The notes: generated from the sequence alone by a model not told the origin. A stretch of DNA of 32,108 nt from Octopus bimaculoides (GCF_001194135.2 NC_068989.1:75607344-75639451); one strand, 5' to 3'; shown: positions 19,292 through 31,559, counted from the stretch's first letter. Numbers and translations are program-made.

Positions 19292-20580
19292 ATTAAGTTA
19301 GGATTATTAAGCTAATGAAGTTCTTTATTTCTTATATATATATATATATATATANNNNNNNNNNNNNNNNNNNNNNNNNNNNNNNNNNNNNNNNNNNNNN
19401 NNNNNNNNNNNNNNNNNNNNNNNNNNNNNNNNNNNNNNNNNNNNNNNNNNNNNNNNNNNNNNNNNNNNNNNNNNNNNNNNNNNNNNNNNNNNNNNNNNNN
19501 NNNNNNNNNNNNNNNNNNNNNNNNNNNNNNNNNNNNNNNNNNNNNNNNNNNNNNNNNNNNNNNNNNNNNNNNNNNNNNNNNNNNNNNNNNNNNNNNNNNN
19601 NNNNNNNNNNNNNNNNNNNNNNNNNNNNNNNNNNNNNNNNCACAGAAAGAATTTCTTGAAGCCAGAAATGAGGTTCTTAATAACACTGAAGTGATAAAGA
19701 TAATGAACGATTACTCGCTTAGCTGAAATGGGCGAAGAGAAAAAAAATTCCCCCCACTAAATCCACCTTTAAGAAGAATCAGATATATTGTCTAAGAGGG
19801 AAGACTGTACTTGCATGGACGGACATGAGATGCGTATGGGGGATAATACTCAAGTAAAAGGGTGCGAGACGTTCGAATGGGATAGAACCCGCGGGAGAGG
19901 GGAGAAAAAAAGCCAAGGAAGATACAGAAGCAGTAGAGAAAACTGATTTTAAGGAGTTCAGCTTCACTAAGGAAATGACAAAGAACTGTAACAAGTGGGG
20001 TGGCTAAATGGTAGAGAAAACTTGACTAACTTATAAGAAGAAAAGAAGGAACTACAACAAAAGAACAAACGCAAACAAAAAAGGTGAAATACATAAAAAT
20101 TACACAGATTGCGCGCACACATTTGGGCGTGTAAACTTGAAGGAAAAGTATTGTATATATGTTTTTAGAGGAGTTTCAGGTGACAAAGAGATGACTGTAT
20201 ATATATANNNNNNNNNNNNNNNNNNNNNNNNNNNNNNNNNNNNNNNNNNNNNNNNNNNNNNNNNNNNNNNNNNNNNNNNNNNNNNNNNNNNNNNNNNNNN
20301 NNNNNNNNNNNNNNNNNNNNNNNNNNNNNNNNNNNNNNNNNNNNNNNNNNNNNNNNNNNNNNNNNNNNNNNNNNNNNNNNNNNNNNNNNNNNNNNNNNNN
20401 NNNNNNNNNNNNNNNNNNNNNNNNNNNNNNNNNNNNNNNNNNNNNNNNNNNNNNNNNNNNNNNNNNNNNNNNNNNNNNNNNNNNNNNNNNNNNNNNNNNN
20501 NNNNNNNNNNNNNNNNNNNNNNNNNNNNNNNNNNNNNNNNNNNNNNNNNNNNNNNNNNNNNNNNNNNNNNNNNNNNNNNN

Positions 20581-20631
<51 letters not shown>

Positions 20632-21300
20632 CGATGAAAGAGAAAAATGAGAGAACGACGAAAATATGGCGTCGACAATAACTTTCCTGTTCTTTGTAAG
20701 AAAGGAAAACGAAATCATTAAAAAACGTCACTTGGTTGAAAAAAAACAACACAAAAACAAAACAAAAACGACAATCTTTTCGATGTCATGTGACAGATCA
20801 TGTGACACTAATGGTATTCAGGACAAGTTATGTAGTCAAATAAAAAAAAGTAAATTCCTCGAGTTAGTGTTCTGGAACGGCCAGCGCCACATAAATGCAA
20901 CTGTGTTTATGTAGAAATAACATTCACTTTAGTGTACATTGAAAAAAGAAAAAAATACAAGCTTGCCTATTTCATTTGACTAATGAACTGTGTGCATACT
21001 GTGTTAGTCTTACTTTCTTATCTGTGTCTTTTTGTCTCTCTATTTACCTGTAATTTTTACATTGACCTAAACGAAAGAAGACGTTCTGTAATCTTCACTA
21101 CTTCGTGACAAACGCCATTGCAACATTTCATTTTCATGACGAACCTTCTGTGCAGTTGCTCAATGAGTAAATCAGGAGCAGACAAATCTTTCTTGCTCCT
21201 CACCCCATGACACTACTCTGTATGTATGTGTGTGTGTGTGTTTTTATATATTTTACTTTTATCGGTTTCAGCTCAAAGCTGCGGCCATGCTGGGGCACCA

Positions 21301-21345
<45 letters not shown>

Positions 21346-21439
21346 CAGATTTTGCCTTTTATCAAATTAACGGCCTTAGTTACAACTTTCATTACCATTG
21401 CCCATCTTAAGAGATTTTGCACATAAACTTTCTATATGA

Positions 21440-22482
21440 ATAAAGCAGTGACACACAATTAAAGTTTCCGGATCCAACAGACGCTTCTTAAATTCATTCT
21501 TAATCTGAGCTACGAACCATTTTTTCACGACCTACCATAGATGGAGCGCCGTCTGTAGCAAGGCCACTCATTTTTATCACATGGTAAATCAAAATCTTTC
21601 AAGGTTGAGTTGACCATTTGAAATAAATCTTCACCTCTAGTTGTTCCATGCATTGATTCTAAGGCAAGAAATTATTCCCGAATGTTGAATTCTGCAGTTA
21701 TTGCACGCACAAATATTGCCATCTGAGAAGTATTAGACACATCAGTTGTCTCATCAAATGAATATAATACGAATTCTACTGAATCAGATTTTAGAAAATT
21801 TTGAATGTCATCAGCAATATCTTTAATACGATTAGAAGCAGTTCTTGATAAGCTAATATTTCCAAATAAATTAAGTTTTTCTGGGCATATATTCTCAACA
21901 GCAGTAAGGATATATTCTTTCACGAATCCAAGGCGGCGAGGTGGTGGAAACGTTAGCACGCCGGTATTTCGTCTATCTTTACGTTCTGAATTCAAATTCG
22001 GCCGAGGTCAACTTTGCCTTTCATCCTTCGAGTTCAATAAATTAAGTACCAGTTGCGTACTGAGGTCGATCTAATCGACCAGCCCTCTCCCCAAAATTTC
22101 GGGCCTTGTGCCTAGAGTAGAAAAGATTCTTCCACGAATTCACCATCGCTATGTTGTTAGAGTTTTTTAGCAATATTTTTGTATACCGCATAACAAGCTC
22201 GAATAACTGATTAACTTTCAAGAATTGGCCTTTTAAAAAAAACCTTATCTTTTGGTGAGATTGGCTTTCAAGGAGGCTATCTTGTCAAAACGTTCACATT
22301 CTTTCAAATTTCCATAGGTCTTATGCTTGCTCACAAAATGTATCTCTATATTATATTTTTTATGAACGGCTACTTGTTCGTTGCAAATATGACAAATGCA
22401 CTTGTTATCTTTTTCATTTTTCATCAAACAAAGCACGTTCACCAGTACTTCTTTTTATAGGATTTTTATAACCGCTTGCCAT
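21440..22482 (-). pseudogene. hAT transposase remnant (SPIN / GTF2IRD2-like), 5' half, interrupted by a SINE
   Basis: KCICHICNEQVAVHKKYNIEIHFVSKH (BED-like zinc finger), SDGEFVKEYILTAVENICPEK, ISLSRT, DETTDVSNTSQMAIFVR (first catalytic Asp), ESMHGTTRGEDLF and ATDGAPSMVG (second Asp). Multiple stops and frameshifts. Confidence 0.88.
21928..22125 (+). mobile_element. SINE family C, full length, inserted in the hAT ORF
   Basis: 14-bp TSD with one mismatch: ATTCTTTCACGAAT (21914-21927) and ATTCTTCCACGAAT (22126-22139). Confidence 0.9.
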
Positions 22483-23947
22483 ATTGATAAGGGCATTGAA
22501 AAATTGATTTAACAAAGTTATAAACCGGTTAAATTTATATTATTAATTTTTGTTATTACCACTGCCTGGGAAAAACAGAAGCCAACTGGCTTGTTGTCGT
22601 AATGCATGCATTTAGTGTTGTGAAAATTGTAAAAAATAAAAATCTGCAAAAAAATTAAGATATTGTTTGGTCCTGCAAGGCTGAATTTGTTTTTTTTTTT
22701 TTCTCTTTCTCCTGTCCACACAGGTGTTGACAAGCGAGTGGATAGGGAAGGGCGATAACTGATAAGTCGATGGCAGATGAAAGTAACGCCATCAACTGAT
22801 AGCTAAAATGCGACATCTCTTTCGAAAAACGTTATTTTTCACTGCTTTTTCAGAAAAGAGTTAGTAATAATTTTTTATAATCCTGTTCACAAGACACTAA
22901 ATTAGTAGTTTCTGTTTCGAAGAAGCTTTACCAATTTGTTTTTGATTGTTGATAGATTAAAAAATGTTTTGCTTATCGATTGACAGAAAGAGGGTAAGTG
23001 TCGATTTCGGAGATTTTTTCCTAAAAACGTCAAAAATGAAATAGGGAGGAAAATTTAAATACTTGGGTTCTTGTATATGAACAATTTTTACATTGTATCT
23101 TGTACAACCCTTCAGTTTTCATTTCATTTAAAAATTATTTCGATACATGGAATATATTTTTTAGTTTTCTCAGCTAAAGTGTAGTTGGGTCTCAAGGGGG
23201 TGGTACAAACCTAGCAATATGTGTTTTATAGTGAAAACAAAATTTCCATTCAAATGGCAATTTCCGGAGGATTTCTGTTCGAGTCTGACCATTTTAAGTC
23301 GTGGCGGAAACCCGATCTATGTCGCAAATAGGTATACGAGTATTGTATAAATTTTATGATTGAAAACTTTACTTTATTTTGGACATACGAGTATATCAGC
23401 CTCCGGGCGCAATAAAATGGGCTATGAAGCGCAATTGCGTCCGAGAACGGGATGTTTCCTCACCTCTGCCCTAGGCTAAAACTTTCCGCCATTACTGGAT
23501 AAAACATGGTAAATAAAATAAGGCAAGCATACACGCACAGGCGCAGACACAGACACATGATACACGCGCGCGCACACACACACAGATACACACACACAGA
23601 GATACACACACACAGACACAGACACACACATGCACACACACAAACAAACACACACACACATACGAAAAAAACAGGAAATCGCTTGAGAGTATCCCACCAG
23701 TCTTCTTACAGTGAGTGCACAATGATTGAAGAGACATGTCCACATCAATACAGGAAACGGAAATGGTCTAAATTAGGAACTTAGAAACATCATTTGGTTG
23801 GTTGAAATTTGCAGACCGTGAAAATAAAGCATCCAGAAAAATCTTTCTTATAAGTTGCACGCATGTATGTATGTATGTATGTATGTATGTATGTATGTAT
23901 GTATGTATGTATGTATGCTTGCGTGTTTGTATGTACGTATGTATGAA

Positions 23948-23994
<47 letters not shown>

Positions 23995-25059
23995 ATNNNN
24001 NNNNNNNNNNNNNNNNNNNNNNNNNNNNNNNNNNNNNNNNNNNNNNNNNNNNNNNNNNNNNNNNNNNNNNNNNNNNNNNNNNNNNNNNNNNNNNNNNNNN
24101 NNNNNNNNNNNNNNNNNNNNNNNNNNNNNNNNNNNNNNNNNNNNNNNNNNNNNNNNNNNNNNNNNNNNNNNNNNNNNNNNNNNNNNNNNNNNNNNNNNNN
24201 NNNNNNNNNNNNNNNNNNNNNNNNNNNNNNNNNNNNNNNNNNNNNNNNNNNNNNNNNNNNNNNNNNNNNNNNNNNNNNNNNNNNNNNNNNNNNNNNNNNN
24301 NNNNNNNNNNNNNNNNNNNNNNNNNNNNNNNNNNNNNNNNNNNNNNNNNNNNNNNNNNNNNNNNNNNNNNNNNNNNNNNNNNNNNNNNNNNNNNNNNNNN
24401 NNNNNNNNNNNNNNNNNNNNNNNNNNNNNNNNNNNNNNNNNNNNNNNNNNNNNNNNNNNNNNNNNNNNNNNNNNNNNNNNNNNNNATATATATACACACA
24501 CACACATATATATATATGTGTGTGTGTGTGTTGTGTGTATGTGTGTGTGTATATGTATGTGTCTGTATGCATCTGTATGCGTCTATAAGCGCAATTAATC
24601 AGTGCTTGCTGTGATCTATTGTTTTGTATTTGGTGTATATTTAATAAACGAAAACATGTTCACACTTGTTATATACAGCTTCATGTTGCAATCAGCTTCA
24701 ATAGCTTACAATTGTTTCTGCTATTCGATGCAGTATACTCACAGCTGAATGCTTGTCCATCACTGCTCTGTGTGCACTCCATCTGACAGCAGAACCAGCT
24801 GTGCTGTAAGCTAATGAAATTAATTACGTAGTTGCTATTCCTTTGTCGTTCTTTTAATTTCGTATTCCCCTTTGTACTCGTCTAACGCTTTATTCTGAAG
24901 CACAAACACATACACACACATACACACACATACACACACATACACACACATACACACATTAGTATTGCTATGCCTATACGAACTGTTAATTATATTTATT
25001 ACATATATGTACAATCATAAAATATAGTACAATATTATATATACATACATACATATATG

Positions 25060-25262
25060 AAAGAAATTTGACGAACAAACAAATAGCCAAGTGATTGTTT
25101 AACCAACACATTAAACAGATGATCGATTTGTTAATTGGTTAAATATTTAACCAATTGACTAACAATAAAGAAGTGGAATTGAACTTGTTCATGTATCATT
25201 AATGTTGACATAGTGACTCTCCTAAGACACGGCAAAATACATACACACACACATATATATAT

Positions 25263-25333
<71 letters not shown>

Positions 25334-25560
25334 TATACATACACACATATATATACATATATACACACACATATATATACATACGTATATATATAAATCG
25401 AAGTGTACAGTACTATGTGTCTATTACGGCTGTTCTTACCGATCGATTTCGCATTAGGGGTTCAACGGAGTGTTAGGTAACAGTCCAATTATGCAACCCT
25501 GCGCTCATCAGAGGTAGCTATTATGGAATTAAATATGGCGATATATATATGTTATTAATA
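25060..25560 (-). mobile_element. Putative second Penelope-type terminal repeat or retrozyme-like unit
   Basis: Hammerhead-like motif at 25517-25435 followed on the minus strand by a compound TA/GT microsatellite and an AT-rich hairpin segment. No ORF is adjacent and the boundaries are inferred. Confidence 0.4.
25435..25517 (-). ncRNA. Candidate minimal type I hammerhead ribozyme, family 2
   Basis: The minus strand reads CUACC-U-CUGAUGA-GC(GCAGGGUU...AACCCCUAAU)GC-GAAA-UCGA-UC-GGUAAG. It has all invariant core nucleotides, the G10.1-C11.1 pair, palindromic AUCGAU and cleavage triplet AUC (cut between 25441 and 25440). Stem I has one extra U. Confidence 0.6.
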
Positions 25561-25609
25561 ATGTATTATATTTTATGTACGTATATGTATATATATTATT
25601 CATTTATTT

Positions 25610-25653
<44 letters not shown>

Positions 25654-25919
25654 TATTCGCCTGTTCTACGTCAAACTACCAGTGTGAATACAGTCATGAT
25701 TTTGTGGTATTTTTGCAAGCTAACATTCATTGGGGAATTTGATTCCTCGCAGGTTTATCGTATCCATTTCACTGCTGACCGACTGAATTTATTTACATGA
25801 CATAACAGTGAGTAATACACATGATTGTACGAATTGAGATTTTTGAGGATTGCATCTAGTTACCTTTTGCTACTTTTGCTATCTTTAGAACTATCAAGAG
25901 GACCAGCGAGACAGCCTAC

Positions 25920-26115
25920 ATGTGATCAATTCTCGATGTGCTAGAAATAGCAGTCAAACATACCTCGAGACAAGAAAGATACTATGGAAAATGCAGTTAG
26001 TTCTAATTTCGCAAAAAAAAAAAAAGTGGGATGTTTTCAATTATTTGAAACACTTTTGGTTGTACGTCTGCTCGATCAAGCATATTCTAGGGCTGAAAAA
26101 GCAAAATAGCTGCAA
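25920..26115 (+). repeat. Dispersed repeat family E, copy 3
   Basis: GTGCTAGAAATAGC (25938-25951) and TGCTCGATCA (26069-26078) are shared with the copies at 4410 and 3650. Confidence 0.5.
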
Positions 26116-26139
26116 CTCTAGCTTCAGTAGTCGATTTCG

Positions 26140-26517
26140 TTTCTGTACACTAGACAAGTTACATGCGTATATGATGAGACAGCTTCAAAAATTATGAATA
26201 TCACTTTCTTTGACAAGATCAGGAATAAAGAGATCCTACGACATGTTGGTCTGCTTCCTGAGACTGAAATTGTCATTGATAGAAATTTACGTTGGTTGGG
26301 ACACAGGATGGACAACAACAGACTCCCTAGACAAATCCTTTATTCCCAACTATGCAAAGGGAAAAGAAAGCATGGAAGATCTAGACTGAGATTCAAATAT
26401 ACTGCGAAAAGGAATATGAACTGTAAAGGAACTGATCGTGATAAATGACAAACCGAAGCGAAAAACTGACCAGTATGGAGAAAACACATCAAATCATGCC
26501 AGTCATGAGCTGCCAAT
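26140..26517 (+). pseudogene. RTE-clade LINE, 3' end of ORF, decayed
   Basis: NITFFDKIRNKEILRHVGL...RNLRWLGHRMDNNRLPRQILYSQLCKGKRKHGRSRLRFKYTAKRNM...VWRKHIK is the typical post-RT region of RTE-type LINEs. Confidence 0.75.
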
Positions 26518-26530
26518 GCCGCGACGATTG

Positions 26531-26915
26531 TTGTTGACACTCCGTCGCTTACGACGTCAAGGGTTCCAGTTGATCTGATCAACGGAACAGCCTGCTCGTG
26601 AAATTAACGTGCAAGTGGCTGAGCACTCCACAGACACGTGTACCCTTCACGTAGTTCTCGGGGATATTCAGCGTGACAGAGAGTGTGACAAGGCTGACCC
26701 TTTGAATTACAGGCACAACAGAAACAGGAAGTAAGAGTGAGAGAAAGTTGTGATGAAAGAGTACAGCAGGGTTCGCCACCATTCCCTGCCGGAGCCTCGT
26801 GGAGCTTTAGGTGTTTTCACTCAATAAACACTCACAACGCCCGGTCTGGGAATCGAAACCGCGATCCTATGACCGCGAGTCCGCTGCCCTAACCACTTGG
26901 CAATTGCGCCTCCAC
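26531..26915 (-). mobile_element. SINE family A, full length
   Basis: Perfect 13-bp TSD GCCGCGACGATTG at 26518-26530 and 26916-26928. Confidence 0.92.
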
Positions 26916-27309
26916 GCCGCGACGATTGACTGCTGATAAACACTAGACATGAGAGAGAGTTAATCCTGATGATCCGGACATTCAAATTAACTATTCTTTC
27001 GATGTTTTGGAAAAATGAATATAACACCACAACCCTCTAAGTAGTTTGATACTTTTAATCTTTTTAAAACAAACTGTTGATCGATAATGTTGTGATCATG
27101 ACATTGTGAAACTGCTTATTTATCAGGTGATGGATTCCTGAGTATTAATTAAATATTTAGGGACATTCGATTTCGAAGAATATTAGTCGTCAATTACATG
27201 CAAGTTACCATCAAAACTGAAGGCTGACAGAATGGATCGAACGTCTCTGATCTGTGGCTTAGTAGTTGGGTGGTTTTTTCTTAACTCCTCCAAACCAATA
27301 GAATGAAAA

Positions 27310-27600
27310 GAATATTTACACAATATTACACAAGTCCTAGGTTTCAGTGGCTGATGTATGTGACTGTGGCTTTGAACTGGTTGATCACCCTCTCTGTTCT
27401 GATTTCCGCCCCACCACCATCTGAATATCAACTATTCCACAACATGAAAAAAAATTTTGCTGGGAACCAGTATTGTACTACAACACCAATGAAAGAAGTA
27501 CGTTGACCGCAAGGGTGATTATATTGAAAAATAAACCTCATTTGCTTTATTCCATGAGCGTATCTTTGTCGGCCTATGAATTTTTCAGCCGACCCTCGTA
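27310..27600 (+). mobile_element. Mariner 3' remnant with right TIR (a different family from 8696-9598)
   Basis: DCGFELVDHP...APPPSEYQLFHNMKKNFAGNQY (decayed YSPDLAPSD motif) and YVDRKGDYIEK*. Terminal CCTATGAATTTTTCAGCCGACCCTCG-TA. Confidence 0.8.
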
Positions 27601-27822
27601 TGTCTGTTTAAAGTAGTGAGATGTACCTATACATTGTATCTAATGACATCTAAAGAAATTGAGCCATAGAGCATAGTACGCATTCAGACCAGTTCTCTGG
27701 TTTAAGGATCCTTTTATCGCTCTCTCTCTTTTTTCCCCTTCATTCCTCCCACCATAACTCCAACCAATCTTGGAGGATCTGTCAAGGGTTTTAGGCACTG
27801 TCCGCCTTCTAAGAAAGCAACA

Positions 27823-27823
27823 C

Positions 27824-27914
<91 letters not shown>
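27823..27914. repeat. (AG)n microsatellite
   Basis: Directly visible. Confidence 0.95.
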
Positions 27915-27916
<2 letters not shown>

Positions 27917-28262
27917 TGATGCGAAGTGACGTGATGCGAACTGTATATTATCTTTCAGACGTATCCCAATGTTTTTTCTTACTGTAGAGAAACCATTGAA
28001 ATACATTCTGTGTCTCGGGGAACCACCAAATACAAAGAAATTACTATATGATTTTATTAATTTTTTTCTTTTCTTTCATAAAGTTAAATTTCATGAGATT
28101 AAATATATTATGAAACTTTTCTTTGCAAAGGTGTGGCAGTGTTAAATCCACCAGACGCTACAAAATAGCTTTAAGAAATTCATTCTTAACCAAGATCTTA
28201 CTTAGACCAAACTTCTCTACAATTCTTTACAAAACACACACACACACACACACACATACATG

Positions 28263-28418
28263 AAAGGCTTTCGTACAGTTACCGTCTTCCAATTTCACTA
28301 ACTAGGCATTGGTCAGCCTGAGAGTAGTTGAAAGCACTAGCCTATGTAGTGGGATTGAACCTGAAGCCACTTGGTTGCGAAGCGTACGTCTTAACTACAG
28401 ACACATGCTTGCGCTTAT
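28263..28418 (-). mobile_element. Highly decayed SINE family B 5' half
   Basis: GGCTTTCGTACAGTTACCGTCTTCCAATTTCACTAAC...GTGGGATTGAACCTGAAGCCACTTGGTTG is the reverse of the family B head and core. Confidence 0.45.
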
Positions 28419-28792
28419 GTTGAATATGTTTGAACATCAAGAAGCAGAACACAATGCTTGAGAATTTTACTATCTGACATTATTTCAAGCAGATAATGTC
28501 CAAATTAATGTAGTGTTTCTCAGAGGAAGGAATACTGAGCAACAAACACTCCCCTGGAGAAGAGGCTGGTCTTTGAAGAATGTTAAGTGGGTTGATAGGT
28601 AATAAAATTAAGATGGCTTTCAACGTATAAACCTATCTGCAACCATGATAAAGAATGAAAAAATGATATGAATGCCAACCCTGACCTGTTTTCTCATAAA
28701 TAACACCAAATGATATTTTTGGTGGTGGTGTGGTATTTGTCAGTTTGAGAATCATTGAATTAGTTTTAAAAATATAATCATTTGACATTATT

Positions 28793-29512
28793 AGGCAAAA
28801 TGCTTTGCGGTATTTGTTGAGTCTACATTGTGCGTTCAAATTTCACCGAGGTCGACTTTACGTTTCATCCTTTCGGGGTTGTTGAAATAGAGAACCAGTC
28901 AAGTACTGGGGTCGACTTAATCGACCTAACCCTACCATTCAAAACTACTGACCTTCTGACAAAATTAGAAAGTATTACTAGAATAAATACTTTGTAGTAT
29001 TTTTTTCCCGTCTCTTTTATATTCTTAGTTAAATTACACCGTAGTTAACTTTGCCTTTCAACCTTCCTGGATCGATATAATAAAGTACCAGTCAGGTACT
29101 GGAGTGGATGTAACCTACTTTCCCCTCCCCACCACCATCTCAAAATTTCTGGCCTTGTACTTAAATCAGAAACTTTCTTGAGGCAAAATACCTTTAGGTA
29201 TATTTCCAGGCTCTTTATGTCCTAAATTTAAATCTCACCAATGTCAACTTTTCTTTCCAACCTTCCGGGAGTCGATGAAATAAAATACAACTCAAGTACT
29301 AGGATTGATGGAATCGTCTAGACTAACCCTATCCTCAAAATTGCTGGCCTTATACCTAGATAATAAACCATTATTAGACACAATACCCTGTGGTATTTGT
29401 TCCAACTCTTTAAGTTTTGTGTTCAAATCTTGATTATCATTCTTTCGTGAATCAATAAAACTAACGACCAATCAACCACTGGGGTTGACGTTATCAATTA
29501 TCCCCTGCTCTC
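28793..29512 (+). repeat. Tandem array of four 5'-truncated family C-derived units, about 195 bp period
   Basis: Units start at about 28793, 28980, 29181 and 29375, each at a GGCAAAATGCT-like point. Each carries the TTCAAAT-like, CCTTTCA(T/A)CCTT and GATAAAATAA/GTACCAG-like motifs. Confidence 0.7.
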
Positions 29513-30277
29513 AAAACTGCAGGTCATAGATTAATTGGAAAACGTTATTATATACATGCTCGTGTAGAGGGAGGGATCCAGGTGGTCCAGTTTGTATGGG
29601 TTTATGATTTTGAGAGACCCTTCCCTCACTGGTCTGAAGTAACGTAAGGACCCTTTGATAAAGACTAACTTTTTCATAAAATATTTCTAGTTCTTTATTC
29701 TTCTCTGTTACTAAGTACTCCACGCGTCCTATCTACATGCATATACACACTTGTAATCCACACATAATTCATGTACATTTAACACTGATTTCTCAAATAT
29801 TCGTTTCATAGTTTGAAATGGGGCCGACAGTTCATATCTGACTTGGGCCTATGACCAAATTCGCATGGGCCTGATTATATACATTGTCGTATTAAAAGAG
29901 TCGTAGTTAGCTTAAACGATGGAAGCTAAAATCTTAACTAGACATGAAGGTTGTAAGAGATAGATAGATAGATAGATAGATAGATAAGGAGAGATAGAGA
30001 GAGAAAATAGAAACAAAACGTGGCGTCCAGGTATGGATAGTAAAATCGATTGAATATAGCATAATATATCGCTGTTTCGTAATTATTCAATCCTAGGAGA
30101 GAGATGAAACAATGCTTGTATTTTTCCTCTAAATTATAGATTATTTCCCATTGTTGATAAAACGGTGGCGCACAATAATAAAGATGCATTTGGTGTAGAC
30201 GCTGCACCTTTCACGTATTCTGAATACATATCTGAAGAAAAATACGGAAATAATTTGAATGCTCGCAGAAATATAGG

Positions 30278-30492
30278 TTTCAAATTTTGTCATAAGGCCA
30301 GAAAGTTCGGAGGGATGGGCTTGGTCAATTAAATCGATCCCAGTGTTGAACTGGTACTTATTTTATTAACTCCGAAAGGGATGAGTGACGGAGTCAACGT
30401 CGGCGGAATTTGAACTCTGATCATAAAAAACCGACGAAATGTTGGTAAGAATTTTGCCCGGCGTGGTAACGATTTTACCAGCATGCCGCCTC
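30278..30492 (-). mobile_element. SINE family C, decayed full length
   Basis: CTGGTACTTATTTTATT...CGGCGGAATTTGAACTC...TTTTACCAGCATGCCGCCT. Confidence 0.7.
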
Positions 30493-31143
30493 ACAGAGTC
30501 TTAGACATATTGTTGTCTTGAATAGAACTCATTAAAGTACTGGATATCAACGACTTGTTGGGAAACTAGGACTAATTCAAAATGAGAGGGATCAACTGTG
30601 TTCGAAAATTTACATTGACATAAGATATACGTGATGCGATACACATGTAAAACAATACAACAAAACACGGTTTCCTGGTACTTATTTCTGATTTTTATAA
30701 AAACTATTTTTATAGTCCATTCTATATTGTTTCCTAAAATATAACGATATTGTTATAGTAATTTATAATTAGTCGCAATTGAAACGCAATGTAAACATTG
30801 TACGTAAAACCTGTTTCATACGAATTAATTGCTTTAGATTTTCTCCGTTGATACGCCCTATTTTGTTTTTTAAATAGTCAACAAACAGATAATTATATTG
30901 TTTACCATTAAAGTTTTATCGCATTTCAATATTTTTTTGCTTTTTAAGTATGTTACGTAAATCTTTGTTGTGGTAATATGAGACTGTGTACCTCTGCGAC
31001 GACATTTTCTCTGCTATCTCGCCATGTTAAAGCCAAATGGTCTTGCGGAGTGATTCTCAAACAGACGAATACTTCCATCCACCAAATGCTTGGTGGCATA
31101 TGCCCTTTTTTTTTCTTTTTAGTTTCATAGTTGATATTATGTA

Positions 31144-31477
31144 GTGGAGGTGCAATGGCCCAGTGGTTAGGGCAGCGGACTCGCGGTCATAGGATCGCGG
31201 TTTCGATTCCCAGACCGGGGGCTGTGAGTGTTTATTGAGCGAAAACACCTAAAGCTCCACGAGGCTCCGGCAGGGGATGGTGGCGAACCTTGCTGTACTC
31301 TTTCACCACAACTTTCTCTCACTCTTACTTCCTGTTTCTGTTGTACCTGTATTTCAAAGGGCCAGCCTTGTCACACCGTGTCTCGCTGAATATCCCCGAG
31401 AACTACGTTAAGGGTACACGTGTCTGTGGAGTGCTCAGCCACTTGCACGTTAATTTCACGAGCAGGCTGTTCCGTTG
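31144..31477 (+). mobile_element. SINE family A, 3' end lost in the gap
   Basis: GTGGAGGTGCAATGGCCCAGTGGTTAGGGCAGCGGACTCGCGG..., colinear with 14890-15313. Confidence 0.88.
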
Positions 31478-31559
31478 NNNNNNNNNNGTAACAAAGGGCT
31501 GGGATCTATTTTAAAACGGGGGCCACATTTTTCATTAATGTTTTACGTAGTGTTTTTGG

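Noticed and set aside
19641-20100. Purine-rich, coding-looking stretch between two gaps
   Set aside because: It has stops in the candidate frames and no motif or splice structure I recognise. A blastx search would be needed.
22743-23473. hAT-like MITE bounded by TAGGGAAGGGCG and CACCTCTGCCCTA
   Set aside because: Only about 5 terminal bases match and the 8-bp flanks (CGAGTGGA and GGCTAAAA) are not a TSD.
8151-24614. Long ORFs containing X runs (for example 8151-8861, 10514-11413, 11954-12544, 19312-19686, 20100-20752, 23768-24614)
   Set aside because: They stay open only because they cross N-gaps and microsatellites.
26960-27025. CTGATGA followed later by GGAAA, a possible third hammerhead
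   Set aside because: There is no G10.1-C11.1 pair, no credible stem III or NUH site, and no stem I complement.
30225-30260. CTGAAGA...GGAAA motif
   Set aside because: No stem II or stem I pairing can be built.
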